Shown: piece by piece, positions 8,178-16,983 of the stretch | How the letters are laid out: every line of letters starts with the position of its first letter | Position numbering within the stretch: the stretch's first letter is position 1 | Source: a virus | Taxonomy: Duplodnaviria; Caudoviricetes | DNA: 46,981 nucleotides | Direction: 5' to 3' (one strand) | IMG/VR virus record: IMGVR_UViG_3300012990_000004 | Coordinates: 1 to 46,981 of that record | The notes under the pieces: model-generated | Databases searched by the model: none | What the model was told of the DNA's origin: nothing | The model's input: only the letters and a program-made list of their open reading frames with translations | Program-made: the position numbers and the translations under genes

Positions 8178-8240
8178 ACTTTTAGAAGCTATATATATTT
8201 ATATTAATAAATATAGCTTTTAATATAATATAGGAGTAGT

Positions 8241-9401
8241 ATGCTTTTTACTTTAGACTTAGAAACATCTATAAACTGCAAGGATGAAGGGCGTATGTCT
8301 GGAACCCCTCACTACGCTGACAATCATGTCGTGTTGGCTGGATGGTCTGCATGGGATAAGATTAAAACATCTGACGATGTTGAAGACTTGGTGTTGGCGA
8401 TTACGGCTGCTGTTAAGGCAGAACCATACATTGTTCTGTGTGGGTTTAACATTAGCTTTGACCTAGCCTACCTGATGCGAGTTCCAGACTTTCGCGCCCT
8501 GCTTGCTAGATATGCTCAGAAGATACGTGTGTGGGACGCTCAGCAAGCGCAGTACCTCATATCTGGACAGGCAATGATATACCCCAGCTTGGATGGATGC
8601 TGTGAGCTCTACGGGCTTCCTGTGAAGCCTGACAAGATTAAGGCATACTGGAATTCAGGGATGCGTACTGAGGACATTCCGATTGACGAGCTGACGGAGT
8701 ACCTTGTGCATGACGTTAGCGTGACTGAGCAGCTTGCTAGGCTACAGGTTAAGGCTATGGACAAGACAATGAAGGACTTGTGTTTCATAAAGGGCGACGA
8801 TATACTGTGTACAACCATAATGGAGAATGCAGGTATGCACTTTGATTTAGATAAATGCGCAGAGATTAGTGACGAGCTTCGCGTGTCCTTGCTTGAGGTT
8901 CAGGAAAAGATGCACTGGCTTGTCCAGAGTGAGACGGGCTTCGAGTACTTCACCCCCACTAAGAACAAGGAAGCATCTACTGTCCTGTTCGGCGGTACGT
9001 TTGAGTGGGACACCAAGGTGGAGGATGGCGTGTACAAGAGTGGCATCAAGAAGGGTCAGGTAAAGCTTAAGAAGCAGGTCAATACGATTGACTTCGATGG
9101 TATCCTGAGCCCAGTTACCAAGGCTAAGGCTAAGGAATTGTTTCAGGACAGCGTTAGCGACCAAGTGCTGCAGTGGATTCTTGAGAACGAGCACCCTGAG
9201 AATTGGGCAGTAGGCCAGTTCATCGGCTACTTACAAGACTTCCGCGAGATGCACAAAGACTTGTCCACCTACTACGATGGCTACACTAAGCTTGTGTGGG
9301 AGGATGGCATGATTCGCCCTAACTTCCAGCACTGTGCCACCCGTACTGGTAGACAGTCATGCACACAGCCCAACCTACAAAATGTTTCTAAAGGAGAATG
9401 A
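8241..9401 (+). CDS. Family A DNA polymerase, N-terminal part (3'-5' exonuclease plus thumb)
   Basis: LDLETS, GFNISFDL, YLVHDV, TRTGRQSCTQPNLQN, then a stop. Confidence 0.88.
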   Translation: MLFTLDLETSINCKDEGRMSGTPHYADNHVVLAGWSAWDKIKTSDDVEDLVLAITAAVKAEPYIVLCGFNISFDLAYLMRVPDFRALLARYAQKIRVWDAQQAQYLISGQAMIYPSLDGCCELYGLPVKPDKIKAYWNSGMRTEDIPIDELTEYLVHDVSVTEQLARLQVKAMDKTMKDLCFIKGDDILCTTIMENAGMHFDLDKCAEISDELRVSLLEVQEKMHWLVQSETGFEYFTPTKNKEASTVLFGGTFEWDTKVEDGVYKSGIKKGQVKLKKQVNTIDFDGILSPVTKAKAKELFQDSVSDQVLQWILENEHPENWAVGQFIGYLQDFREMHKDLSTYYDGYTKLVWEDGMIRPNFQHCATRTGRQSCTQPNLQNVSKGE

Positions 9402-9402
9402 T

Positions 9403-9657
9403 ATGAGCGTTTATACTAGTGCGTGGCAAGATTTCAGCATTTGGCTCTCAGAGTATGCAGAATTCGACAATGACGATATGTATACTGAAGCTGTAAATGT
9501 ATTCGATAAATACGAAAACGAGGCCATTGAATTGCGTAATAAACTACACGAAGCAGAGATGCTTGTTATTGATTTGCGGGAAGAGTTAGCGAATGTAGTT
9601 GAGCCGATTATCAGAAGCCAGCAGTACAACGATGAGGTTTATAAGGACACCCTGTAA
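9403..9657 (+). CDS. Acidic coiled-coil hypothetical protein between the two polymerase genes
   Basis: ATG 9403 after AAGGAG; fills the whole gap between the pol parts. Confidence 0.7.
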   Translation: MSVYTSAWQDFSIWLSEYAEFDNDDMYTEAVNVFDKYENEAIELRNKLHEAEMLVIDLREELANVVEPIIRSQQYNDEVYKDTL

Positions 9658-10488
9658 ATGAGCCGTATCAAAGAATGCTTCACCACTAGGTTTGAGAACG
9701 GCAAGATTGTCAATGCCGACTTCTCTCAGCTAGAAGTTGTTGGCTTGGCTATCCTGTCCCTTGACCGACAGCTGATTGAGGATATTAAATCAGGCAGGGA
9801 TATGCACGTCATCCGTGCTGCTGAGTTGCTTGGGATTGCAGAGAGTGCGGTCACTAAGCAACAACGACAGCTTGCTAAGATGCTGAGCTTCCAGTTGCAG
9901 TATGGCTCTGGTGCTCGCAACATGGCAGAGCAGAATAAGATTCACATTAACTTGGCTAAGAAGTTTATCGAACAATACTACGAGAGGTACAAAGATGTCA
10001 AACGATGGCAAGACTACGTTAGGGAGAGTGTCGTTGCGTCTCGCAGAGTTGAGGGGCATACTAAAGGAGGCTACCCCAGAGGAGTTGGAACATACCGAAG
10101 CCCTTCTGGTAGAGCTTATTCGTTTTATGAATACGACCCTATGGGAAGCTGGCAGAAAGACCCCAGCTTCTCCCCGACGGAAATGAAGAACTACCCCTGC
10201 CAAGGGTTCAGTACTGGCGATGTTATGGCGCTGTATCGGTCTCAGGTTATGAGACAGCTACTACCCCATATGTTTACTAATATCTTATTTATCAATAGCG
10301 TACATGATAGTGTGATGTTTGACTGTGATAGTGAGGAAAGTGTTGCAATCTGTAAAAAGGTGTTGTATAATGTGTGTAAGGAGCTTCCAATGCTTCTTAC
10401 CAAGCGGTTCGGAATTGAAGTGCCGTTGGAGTTTAACATTGATGTAGAGACTGGCCCATCGTGGGCCGAATTAACTAAGGAGCAATAA
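9658..10488 (+). CDS. Family A DNA polymerase, C-terminal catalytic part
   Basis: Motif A NADFSQLEV, motif B RQLAKMLSFQLQYG (Phe at the 762-equivalent position), NYPCQG, motif C SVHDSV. Confidence 0.92.
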   Translation: MSRIKECFTTRFENGKIVNADFSQLEVVGLAILSLDRQLIEDIKSGRDMHVIRAAELLGIAESAVTKQQRQLAKMLSFQLQYGSGARNMAEQNKIHINLAKKFIEQYYERYKDVKRWQDYVRESVVASRRVEGHTKGGYPRGVGTYRSPSGRAYSFYEYDPMGSWQKDPSFSPTEMKNYPCQGFSTGDVMALYRSQVMRQLLPHMFTNILFINSVHDSVMFDCDSEESVAICKKVLYNVCKELPMLLTKRFGIEVPLEFNIDVETGPSWAELTKEQ

Positions 10489-10905
10489 ATGGCTGTGATT
10501 ACTGGTGTGGTACAGGCGGTGAAAGATGGTAAGCGTATTCAGGTTAATGGTGATTGGTATGGCTCGTTCAATCCGATTGGTGATGTCAACGCTGGAGACA
10601 ATGTCACATTCAATTGGGAGCCTGACAAGACAGGCAAGTATCGTAACATTAAGGGAGCCGTGAATGTCGTGGCAGGTGGTGCTCCTAGCACTGGCTCTGC
10701 TATCGCACCGTCAGGTGGGCGAGAGCTTACGATTATGCGTCAGAACGCTCTGGCTCATGCTACGGCGTTGGTGGTAGCGTCTGGTGTTAGTGATGTTTGG
10801 GCTTCTCAGAGCCTCGTCCTGCGCCTTGCAGAGGCATTCACGAAGTACAGTGCAACGGGTGATATTGAAGACGATAGCCCTGTTCACGAAGACGAAGGAT
10901 TCTAA
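10489..10905 (+). CDS. Probable single-stranded DNA-binding protein
   Basis: Beta-rich N-terminus, acidic tail ending in Phe (EDEGF), located in the replication module. Confidence 0.6.
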   Translation: MAVITGVVQAVKDGKRIQVNGDWYGSFNPIGDVNAGDNVTFNWEPDKTGKYRNIKGAVNVVAGGAPSTGSAIAPSGGRELTIMRQNALAHATALVVASGVSDVWASQSLVLRLAEAFTKYSATGDIEDDSPVHEDEGF

Positions 10906-11162
10906 TGAGCTTTAATATACATGGTAACTTTGGTGTGCTTGAGTTCACAGACGGACAATACAGAGTTGCGCTTGGGACATCACCAAGGTCTGAGGGAATA
11001 AAGATTGTAGTTGGCTTAGAAGCAACACAATCGGTTCTTCATTCTGAAATAGTTCCTTGGAGTGAGTTTTCACACCTCATTGATTATGAGGATAAGATGT
11101 CGGAGTTTTTTTCAGAAAGAGTTGGTCGCATCCTTTCCAGCCTGTCGGAGACTAGACATTGA
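10905..11162 (+). CDS. Hypothetical protein
   Basis: Translationally coupled ORF (TAATG overlap). Confidence 0.6.
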   Translation: MSFNIHGNFGVLEFTDGQYRVALGTSPRSEGIKIVVGLEATQSVLHSEIVPWSEFSHLIDYEDKMSEFFSERVGRILSSLSETRH

Positions 11163-11887
11163 AAGCTCTTATTGACGGTGACATCTTGGTGTATAGCTGT
11201 GGCTTCGCATCCGATGCCAACGCCAAGGAGCAGGGCATTGAAGCAGAGCCTGTTGAATTCTGCCTGAATGGTGTTAAGGAAACAATCCGAAGCCTCTGTG
11301 AAGCTACAGAGGCAACGGAATACATCGTGTTCCTGACAGGCAAGGACAACTTCCGATACAAGGTTAGCCCTGATTACAAGGCTAATCGTAAGGATGCGGC
11401 AAAACCCTATCACTACGACAGCATTAGGAAGTACATCGAGCAACACCACCCATGCAGTATTAGTAAGGGTGAGGAAGCAGACGATGAGCTCGGCAGGGCT
11501 CAGGTGCTTGCAGAGCCAACCACAACGGTCATCATCAGCAAGGATAAAGACCTTGACATGATTAAGGGCTGGCATTACAATTGGAGTCCAAAGAACAAAG
11601 AGAAAGGGATGTACTTCACCAGTAAGATTGACGGCTTGCGGATATTCTACAAGCAACTAATCACTGGCGATGCTACTGATAACATCTCTGGCGTGTTCAG
11701 GTTGTTCGGACGTAAGGCTACAAAGGGATTGCTTGCGCCATTGGATGAGATGCGCTATGAAAAGGATATGTTTTCCTATGTGCTACATGAAGCCTATAAT
11801 GGCGACATAGACCTGATGGACAAGCAAGCAAAGCTCGTGTGGATTAGGACAGATGAAACTTGGGAAGAACATTTCTCGCGGCTATAG
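11159..11887 (+). CDS. 5'-3' exonuclease (T7 gp6/FEN-like)
   Basis: LIDGD, YKANR, EADD, SKDKDL, GDATDNISG. Confidence 0.9.
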   Translation: MKALIDGDILVYSCGFASDANAKEQGIEAEPVEFCLNGVKETIRSLCEATEATEYIVFLTGKDNFRYKVSPDYKANRKDAAKPYHYDSIRKYIEQHHPCSISKGEEADDELGRAQVLAEPTTTVIISKDKDLDMIKGWHYNWSPKNKEKGMYFTSKIDGLRIFYKQLITGDATDNISGVFRLFGRKATKGLLAPLDEMRYEKDMFSYVLHEAYNGDIDLMDKQAKLVWIRTDETWEEHFSRL

Positions 11888-11954
11888 CTCAACGGGATAG
11901 AGCATGAGCCTTCTAAGCTCAGGGTTCGGGGTTCGAGTCCCTGTGGTCGCACCA
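11878..11954 (+). tRNA. tRNA-Arg(UCU)
   Basis: Acceptor GCGGCTA/TGGTCGC, anticodon arm TGAGC-CTTCTAA-GCTCA, T-loop TTCGAGT, encoded CCA. Confidence 0.93.
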
Positions 11955-11957
11955 ATC

Positions 11958-12032
11958 GCTCCGTTAGCTCAGTGGTAGAGCAGCCGCCTTGTAAGCGGCA
12001 GGTCGGGAGTTCAAGTCTCTCACGGAGCACCA
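11958..12032 (+). tRNA. tRNA-Thr(UGU)
   Basis: Acceptor GCTCCGT/ACGGAGC, anticodon arm GCCGC-CTTGTAA-GCGGC, T-loop TTCAAGT, encoded CCA. Confidence 0.95.
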
Positions 12033-12050
12033 CTTTAACAAAGGATATTT

Positions 12051-12197
12051 ATGAATGATGAATTTGAAATTGATACAAACAACCCTGAGAATTTGCACGA
12101 TGTTCCAACAGAGATTCTAGTGACTCTGGCATTGTCTATTGTTCAGGAACTTGAGCTTCGTGTTAATCGTAAGGAAAAGCTTAGGGCGGTAAACTAA
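12051..12197 (+). CDS. Hypothetical protein (48 aa)
   Basis: MNDEFEIDTNNPENL... with an AAGGA RBS; TAATG-coupled to the next gene. Confidence 0.6.
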   Translation: MNDEFEIDTNNPENLHDVPTEILVTLALSIVQELELRVNRKEKLRAVN

Positions 12198-12571
12198 TGG
12201 CGAAACGAGCAAAGCCTAGTGGTGACTTCAAGCACTGGCCTTTGTGGAGCAACAGCCAGTTCTGGAGCTTTATACGTAGCGGCTTGCGTTCCAAGTGGAG
12301 TCGCTATCCAGTTAAGTTTCAAGTGTTAAATGCTTCAAAGCGCAAAGCATTGTTAAACCCCAGAGCCAAGTGGGAATACCAATGCGATGTGTGTAAGACT
12401 TGGAGCTTGCAGAAAGACGTAGAAGTTGACCACCTCATCCCATGCGGAACATTGCGTTCCTATGAAGATTTGCCACAGTTTGTCGAGCGTTTATTCTGTG
12501 GGGCTGAACATCTACGAACTGTCTGTAAGCAATGTCATAAAATCATTACTAAGGAAGAAAGAGATAAATGA
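12197..12571 (+). CDS. HNH-family endonuclease with Zn ligands
   Basis: CDVC...EVDHLIP...HLRTVCKQCH. Confidence 0.8.
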   Translation: MAKRAKPSGDFKHWPLWSNSQFWSFIRSGLRSKWSRYPVKFQVLNASKRKALLNPRAKWEYQCDVCKTWSLQKDVEVDHLIPCGTLRSYEDLPQFVERLFCGAEHLRTVCKQCHKIITKEERDK

Positions 12572-12774
12572 CAGCAACTCTGATTATATTTATTGCATTT
12601 CATTTTGGAGCAGGTTCTTCGTCACAGGCTGTTAATTTTGAAAACATACAGCTATGCGAGCTTGCCAGAAAGAATATTTTGGCTGAAGCGGAAAAGCGCG
12701 ACCCAGAAGACGACTTTGGAAGGAAGCGGATTGTTGCAAAATGCGTAATCACTGATACAAAAGGAATCAAATGA
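12568..12774 (+). CDS. Hypothetical protein with hydrophobic N-terminus
   Basis: ATGA-coupled ORF. Confidence 0.6.
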   Translation: MTATLIIFIAFHFGAGSSSQAVNFENIQLCELARKNILAEAEKRDPEDDFGRKRIVAKCVITDTKGIK

Positions 12775-13079
12775 CTGATAAATTACCTAGTGCGAAGTTT
12801 CCTCCATACGGCTATATGCCACATGAACGGGCAGAATATCCGCAACATGAGCACAAGCCTGATATGGTGAATGGCCCTCCCCATTACAGGCAGGGCAACA
12901 TAGAATGTATTACCGCAATCGAAGCCATGCTCACTAAGGCAGAGTTTGATGGGTATTGCAAGGGCAACATCGTCAAATACATCTGGCGCGAGAATCACAA
13001 AGGACGGGTTGAGAGCTTGAAGAAAGCCCGATGGTACTTAAACAAACTAGTGGAGTCGCATGAAAATCCTTCTACTTGA
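12771..13079 (+). CDS. DUF3310 / T7 gp1.7-like nucleotide kinase
   Basis: DMVNGPPHY...IECI...GNIVKYIWR...LKKARWYL. Confidence 0.85.
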   Translation: MTDKLPSAKFPPYGYMPHERAEYPQHEHKPDMVNGPPHYRQGNIECITAIEAMLTKAEFDGYCKGNIVKYIWRENHKGRVESLKKARWYLNKLVESHENPST

Positions 13080-13803
13080 CATCGAGACATCTCCGCACAG
13101 CGTGTATGCGTGGGGCTTGTTCAAGCAAAACATTAGCTTGAGCCAAGTGAAAGACACAAGCCGTGTGCTATGCTCTGCATACAAGTGGCTTGGAGAAAAG
13201 AAGACACACTTTACATCTGAATGGACAGATGGTGTTGACGGCATGCTGGAAAAGATGTATAATGTAATTGAGGAGGCAGATGCAATCGTTACCTACAACG
13301 GGAACCGCTTCGACCTGCCCACCCTCAACAAGGAGTTCTTGCTAACTGGGTATAGTCCACCTGCTCCATACAAGAGCGTTGACATATATCGTACTGTTAA
13401 AAACAAGTTTAGGTTTGCAAGTAACAAGCTAGACCATGTTGCACAACAGCTTGGACTAGGCAGTAAGACCGACCACTACGGGTTTCAAATGTGGCTTGAT
13501 GTCATGGACGGCAACAAGAAAGCTCAGAAGCTCATGGAGACTTACAACAAACAAGACGTAGTATTACTGGAGAAAGTGTATGACATCGTTTTACCTTGGA
13601 TTGCTAATCATCCTAATCGTAGCCATCACAGCGGGTCTGCTGTATGTCCAAACTGTGGTTCGAAACACTTACAACATCGAGGATTTACTATCACCGCCGT
13701 GGGACGACAACAACGCTTCCAATGTCAAGACTGCGGCAAGTGGAGTAAAGCTTCAGAAAGCTGTGAGAAAACCCCGAAAGAAAGCCGTATCAATTCAATC
13801 TAA
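13060..13803 (+). CDS. RNase H-like/DEDD 3'-5' exonuclease with C-terminal zinc ribbon
   Basis: LLDIET, YNGNRFD, YNKQDV; CPNC...CQDC. Confidence 0.82.
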   Translation: MKILLLDIETSPHSVYAWGLFKQNISLSQVKDTSRVLCSAYKWLGEKKTHFTSEWTDGVDGMLEKMYNVIEEADAIVTYNGNRFDLPTLNKEFLLTGYSPPAPYKSVDIYRTVKNKFRFASNKLDHVAQQLGLGSKTDHYGFQMWLDVMDGNKKAQKLMETYNKQDVVLLEKVYDIVLPWIANHPNRSHHSGSAVCPNCGSKHLQHRGFTITAVGRQQRFQCQDCGKWSKASESCEKTPKESRINSI

Positions 13804-13821
13804 CCCTAAAGGAAAATCTAA

Positions 13822-14013
13822 ATGAAACAGACTAAAATCCAAAAGCTCATCAATGCTCTGCGTAAGCGTAACCTGACTGTCCGTGAGATTGCTTCTCGCT
13901 TCAGCGTCCCTAACGTCTATGCCATCATTGATGACATCCGTAAGGTGCACAACCTGAACGTGCAGCGTACCACAACCCGCACAGGCATGACAGCCTATCG
14001 CCTCGTTGCATAA
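13822..14013 (+). CDS. Small winged-HTH-like DNA-binding protein
   Basis: LTVREIASRF...VYAIIDDIR...YRL pattern; basic. Confidence 0.6.
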   Translation: MKQTKIQKLINALRKRNLTVREIASRFSVPNVYAIIDDIRKVHNLNVQRTTTRTGMTAYRLVA

Positions 14014-14021
14014 GGATTAGC

Positions 14022-14225
14022 ATGAAAGACCCTGATTTCCTCGAAGAAATTGTGGAGCGAGTGGAGTCTGCCTATGAGCCCGACGAAATTGTCGGGCTCC
14101 TAGAGCTTTCCATGATGGACATAGCGCAAGCATTTGAGAAAGACTTTCTCGACCTTGCATTTAATTTAGGTTTTATTACGAGTCATGGAGAAGATTATGA
14201 CACAGAAGACGACGGTTATTGGTAA
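14022..14225 (+). CDS. Small acidic hypothetical protein
   Basis: TAAGGA RBS; D/E-rich. Confidence 0.7.
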   Translation: MKDPDFLEEIVERVESAYEPDEIVGLLELSMMDIAQAFEKDFLDLAFNLGFITSHGEDYDTEDDGYW

Positions 14226-14322
14226 TATTTTGGCTGGACTTTATTGGTACGGCATGGTGTTGATTGGCGCTATCCTCGCAGGTGTAGCCTTTAATGTGTT
14301 TCTCACTTTCGCAGGATTCTAA
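14197..14322 (+). CDS. Small membrane protein (41 aa)
   Basis: MTQKTTVIGNILAGLYWYGMVLIGAILAGVAFNVFLTFAGF; GGAG RBS; TAATG-coupled to the RNR gene. Confidence 0.6.
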   Translation: MTQKTTVIGNILAGLYWYGMVLIGAILAGVAFNVFLTFAGF

Positions 14323-16190
14323 TGAACGACTATCAGCAATTTATTCATCGGAGCAGGTATGCCCGATACCTTGACGACAAGGGGCGGCGCGAGACGTGGG
14401 AAGAGACAGTAGAGCGTTACGTTGACAATGTGGTGTTCAATAAGCTGACCCGTGAAGACGCACAAACTATTTGTGACCTGCGCAAAGCCATTACCAACAT
14501 GGAAGTAATGCCGTCTATGCGCGGACTAATGACGGCTGGCAAGGCTCTGGAGCGTGACAATGTTGCACTATTTAATTGTAGCTATATTCCCTGCGACCAT
14601 CCGCGAGCGTTTGATGAGGCTATGTATATCCTCATGTGCGGCACTGGCGTGGGCTTTACTGTCGAGCGTCAGGACATATCTAAGCTTCCTACGGTCTCTG
14701 ACGAGATGCACGACACAGACACTACCATCGTTGTGGAGGACTCTAAACTTGGATGGGCAAAAGCGTTCAAAGAACTTATCTCCATGCTCTACGCAGGACA
14801 AATCCCAAAGTGGGATGTGGACAAGGTTAGACCAGCTGGAGCACGACTTAAGGTATTTGGAGGACGAGCTTCTGGCCCTGAGCCTCTCATCTCCCTCTTT
14901 AAGTTCTGTGTTAAAACTTTCAAAGGCGCGGTAGGACGTAAACTTACCAGCATTGAATGCCATGACATCATGTGCAAAATTGGCGAAACTGTTGTTGTTG
15001 GTGGTGTGCGACGCTCGGCTTTGATTAGCCTGAGCAATCTGTCTGACGACCGCATGCGCCATGCTAAGAGTGGTCAGTGGTGGGAGAACAATCCGCAGCG
15101 TAGCTTGGCTAACAACAGCGTGTGCTACACAGAGAAGCCGGACATGCTGGCATTCATGAAAGAATGGCAAGCTATGTACGAGAGTCAGTCTGGTGAGCGC
15201 GGCATCTTCAACCGCATTGCAGCCAAGAAGCAAGCAGGTAAGAACGGACGGCGTGACACCAATCACGACTTCGGCACTAACCCTTGCAGTGAAATCATCC
15301 TGCGTCCCTATCAATTCTGCAATCTAACTGAGGTGGTTTGTAGGGCTGATGACACCTTCGAGACATTGAAGCGCAAGGTTGAGCTGGCTACGATTCTTGG
15401 TACGATACAGGCTACATTCACAGACTTCCGCTACCTGCGGAGCATCTGGAAGCGAAACACAGAGGAAGAGGCATTGTTAGGCGTAAGCTTCACTGGCCTC
15501 ATGGACAGCCCATTAAAGGATATGTACTATGAAAGTTCAGACCAACTCGAAGCCCTCAAGCAACACGCAGTCGAAGTCAACAAGCTCTGGGCAGATAGAC
15601 TTGGAATCAATCAGTCTACGGCAATCACTTGCGTCAAACCATCGGGAACTGTTTCACAGCTCGTTGACTCTGCTAGCGGCCTCCATCCTCGCTTTAGTGA
15701 TTTCTATATACGTCGTGTAAGAAACAGCATCAACGACCCTCTTACGCAGTTCTTGGCAAGCCAAGGCGTTCCGTGGGAGATGGACAAGATGAGCCCTAAT
15801 ACGGCTGTGTTCAGCTTCCCTCAGAAGAGTCCTGATGGTGCTGTGTGTAAGGACGGCCTCACGGCGATTCAGCAGATGGAGTATTGGAAACACATTCAGG
15901 ATAACTGGTGTGAGCACAAGCCTTCCATCACCGTCTACTACGGCGCTGACGAGTACATGGAGCTGGGTGCGTGGGTGTGGGAGCACTTCGATGAGGTGAG
16001 TGGCGTGGCGTTCCTGCCCCGTTTGGAGCACACATACGAACAGGCTCCCTATGAGGAAATCACTAAGGAGCAGTATGAAGAACTTCGGTCATCAATGCCA
16101 ACAATCGACTGGTCACAATTCACAGAAGCAGAAGACAACACAGAGGGTAGCCAAACCCTTGCCTGTTTCGGAAGCTCTTGCGAAGTATGA
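14322..16190 (+). CDS. nrdJ: Class II adenosylcobalamin-dependent ribonucleotide reductase
   Basis: RETW, FNCSY, GTGVGF, GGVRRSA, TNPCSEI, CVKPSGT and C-terminal CFGSSC; no beta-subunit gene in the genome. Confidence 0.88.
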   Translation: MNDYQQFIHRSRYARYLDDKGRRETWEETVERYVDNVVFNKLTREDAQTICDLRKAITNMEVMPSMRGLMTAGKALERDNVALFNCSYIPCDHPRAFDEAMYILMCGTGVGFTVERQDISKLPTVSDEMHDTDTTIVVEDSKLGWAKAFKELISMLYAGQIPKWDVDKVRPAGARLKVFGGRASGPEPLISLFKFCVKTFKGAVGRKLTSIECHDIMCKIGETVVVGGVRRSALISLSNLSDDRMRHAKSGQWWENNPQRSLANNSVCYTEKPDMLAFMKEWQAMYESQSGERGIFNRIAAKKQAGKNGRRDTNHDFGTNPCSEIILRPYQFCNLTEVVCRADDTFETLKRKVELATILGTIQATFTDFRYLRSIWKRNTEEEALLGVSFTGLMDSPLKDMYYESSDQLEALKQHAVEVNKLWADRLGINQSTAITCVKPSGTVSQLVDSASGLHPRFSDFYIRRVRNSINDPLTQFLASQGVPWEMDKMSPNTAVFSFPQKSPDGAVCKDGLTAIQQMEYWKHIQDNWCEHKPSITVYYGADEYMELGAWVWEHFDEVSGVAFLPRLEHTYEQAPYEEITKEQYEELRSSMPTIDWSQFTEAEDNTEGSQTLACFGSSCEV

Positions 16191-16202
16191 GGAGATTAAA
16201 CA

Positions 16203-16406
16203 ATGGCTATCTACAGTTACGATTGCCAAGAACACGGACGATTTGAAGTAAGCCGTCCGATGGCAGAGAGTGATGAGCAGGGCGAATGCCCTGCCTGTCA
16301 CAAGCTCTGGGATAGAGTTAAGTTTGTAGACATCTGTATAGCGCATGACTATAAAGGACTTTGGATGAAAAACCACGGAGGATATAGTGTGATGGATAAG
16401 AAGTAA
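16203..16406 (+). CDS. FmdB-like zinc-ribbon protein
   Basis: MAIYSYDCQEHGRFEV...CPAC. Confidence 0.75.
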   Translation: MAIYSYDCQEHGRFEVSRPMAESDEQGECPACHKLWDRVKFVDICIAHDYKGLWMKNHGGYSVMDKK

Positions 16407-16435
16407 AAAGAGCCCCGCATCGCTGCGGGGCTTTT
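16405..16435. terminator. Bidirectional terminator between the convergent arms
   Basis: AAAAAG-AGCCCCGCA-TCGC-TGCGGGGCT-TTT. Confidence 0.88.
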
Positions 16436-16436
16436 C

Positions 16437-16982
16437 TTATTTACGATTCAGCTGACCAAGAACCTTTGGTACGTAGTCTCGCGTCTCTTTTGGTGCACTA
16501 GAAAGCGCTTTTCTAGCATCGCCACCTGCTCTCTTGAGAGCTTTCTGCCAATTTCCGGGCCCCCAATTGTAAGCTGCCAATCCACCCTCGATGCCGTACT
16601 CTTTAATCATCGCATCTAGGTAGTCCCTGCCCACACGCCGAAGTTCACCAACCGACCTGTCTTTGGCAGGAGCAACGCCATATCCGGGGTCTATGAGCGT
16701 CTTAGGCATTGTCTGCATCGGGCCAATAGCGCCCTTGGGAGACACAGCATTTACGTTCCCACGAGACTCTACAAACTCCACCGCGCCATACAGTCCCTCA
16801 CGAGAAGCAAACACAGCGTTCCTGCGAGGGCTTTCTCCTTGAATGTACTGAGCAACTGGCTGTCGTTTTGGCAACCAGTCCGACCAAGAGCCATCATCCT
16901 TATGCCCTTCTTCCGGCTTATTCAAATTCTTCTCTGGCTCAGGGGCTAAAGCCGCCTTCATCATAGTTTGCAAATATCCCAT
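16437..16982 (-). CDS. Lytic transglycosylase (SLT domain), probably virion-associated
   Basis: VESRGN.NAVSPKGA.GPMQ, LAAYNWGPG, ETRDYV; last gene of the virion operon. Start chosen at the ATG next to the upstream stop. Confidence 0.85.
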   Translation of the reverse strand: MGYLQTMMKAALAPEPEKNLNKPEEGHKDDGSWSDWLPKRQPVAQYIQGESPRRNAVFASREGLYGAVEFVESRGNVNAVSPKGAIGPMQTMPKTLIDPGYGVAPAKDRSVGELRRVGRDYLDAMIKEYGIEGGLAAYNWGPGNWQKALKRAGGDARKALSSAPKETRDYVPKVLGQLNRK

Positions 16983-16983
16983 T

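Noticed and set aside
9402-9657. Group I intron or homing endonuclease in the polymerase
   Set aside because: The gap is fully coding, with no nuclease motifs and no recognisable intron core.
11794-12033. 79-aa minus-strand ORF
   Set aside because: It is the antisense translation of the two tRNAs.
16730-16744. Partial GTCTCCCAAG motif on the minus strand
   Set aside because: Incomplete palindrome that encodes the conserved VSPKG of the transglycosylase.
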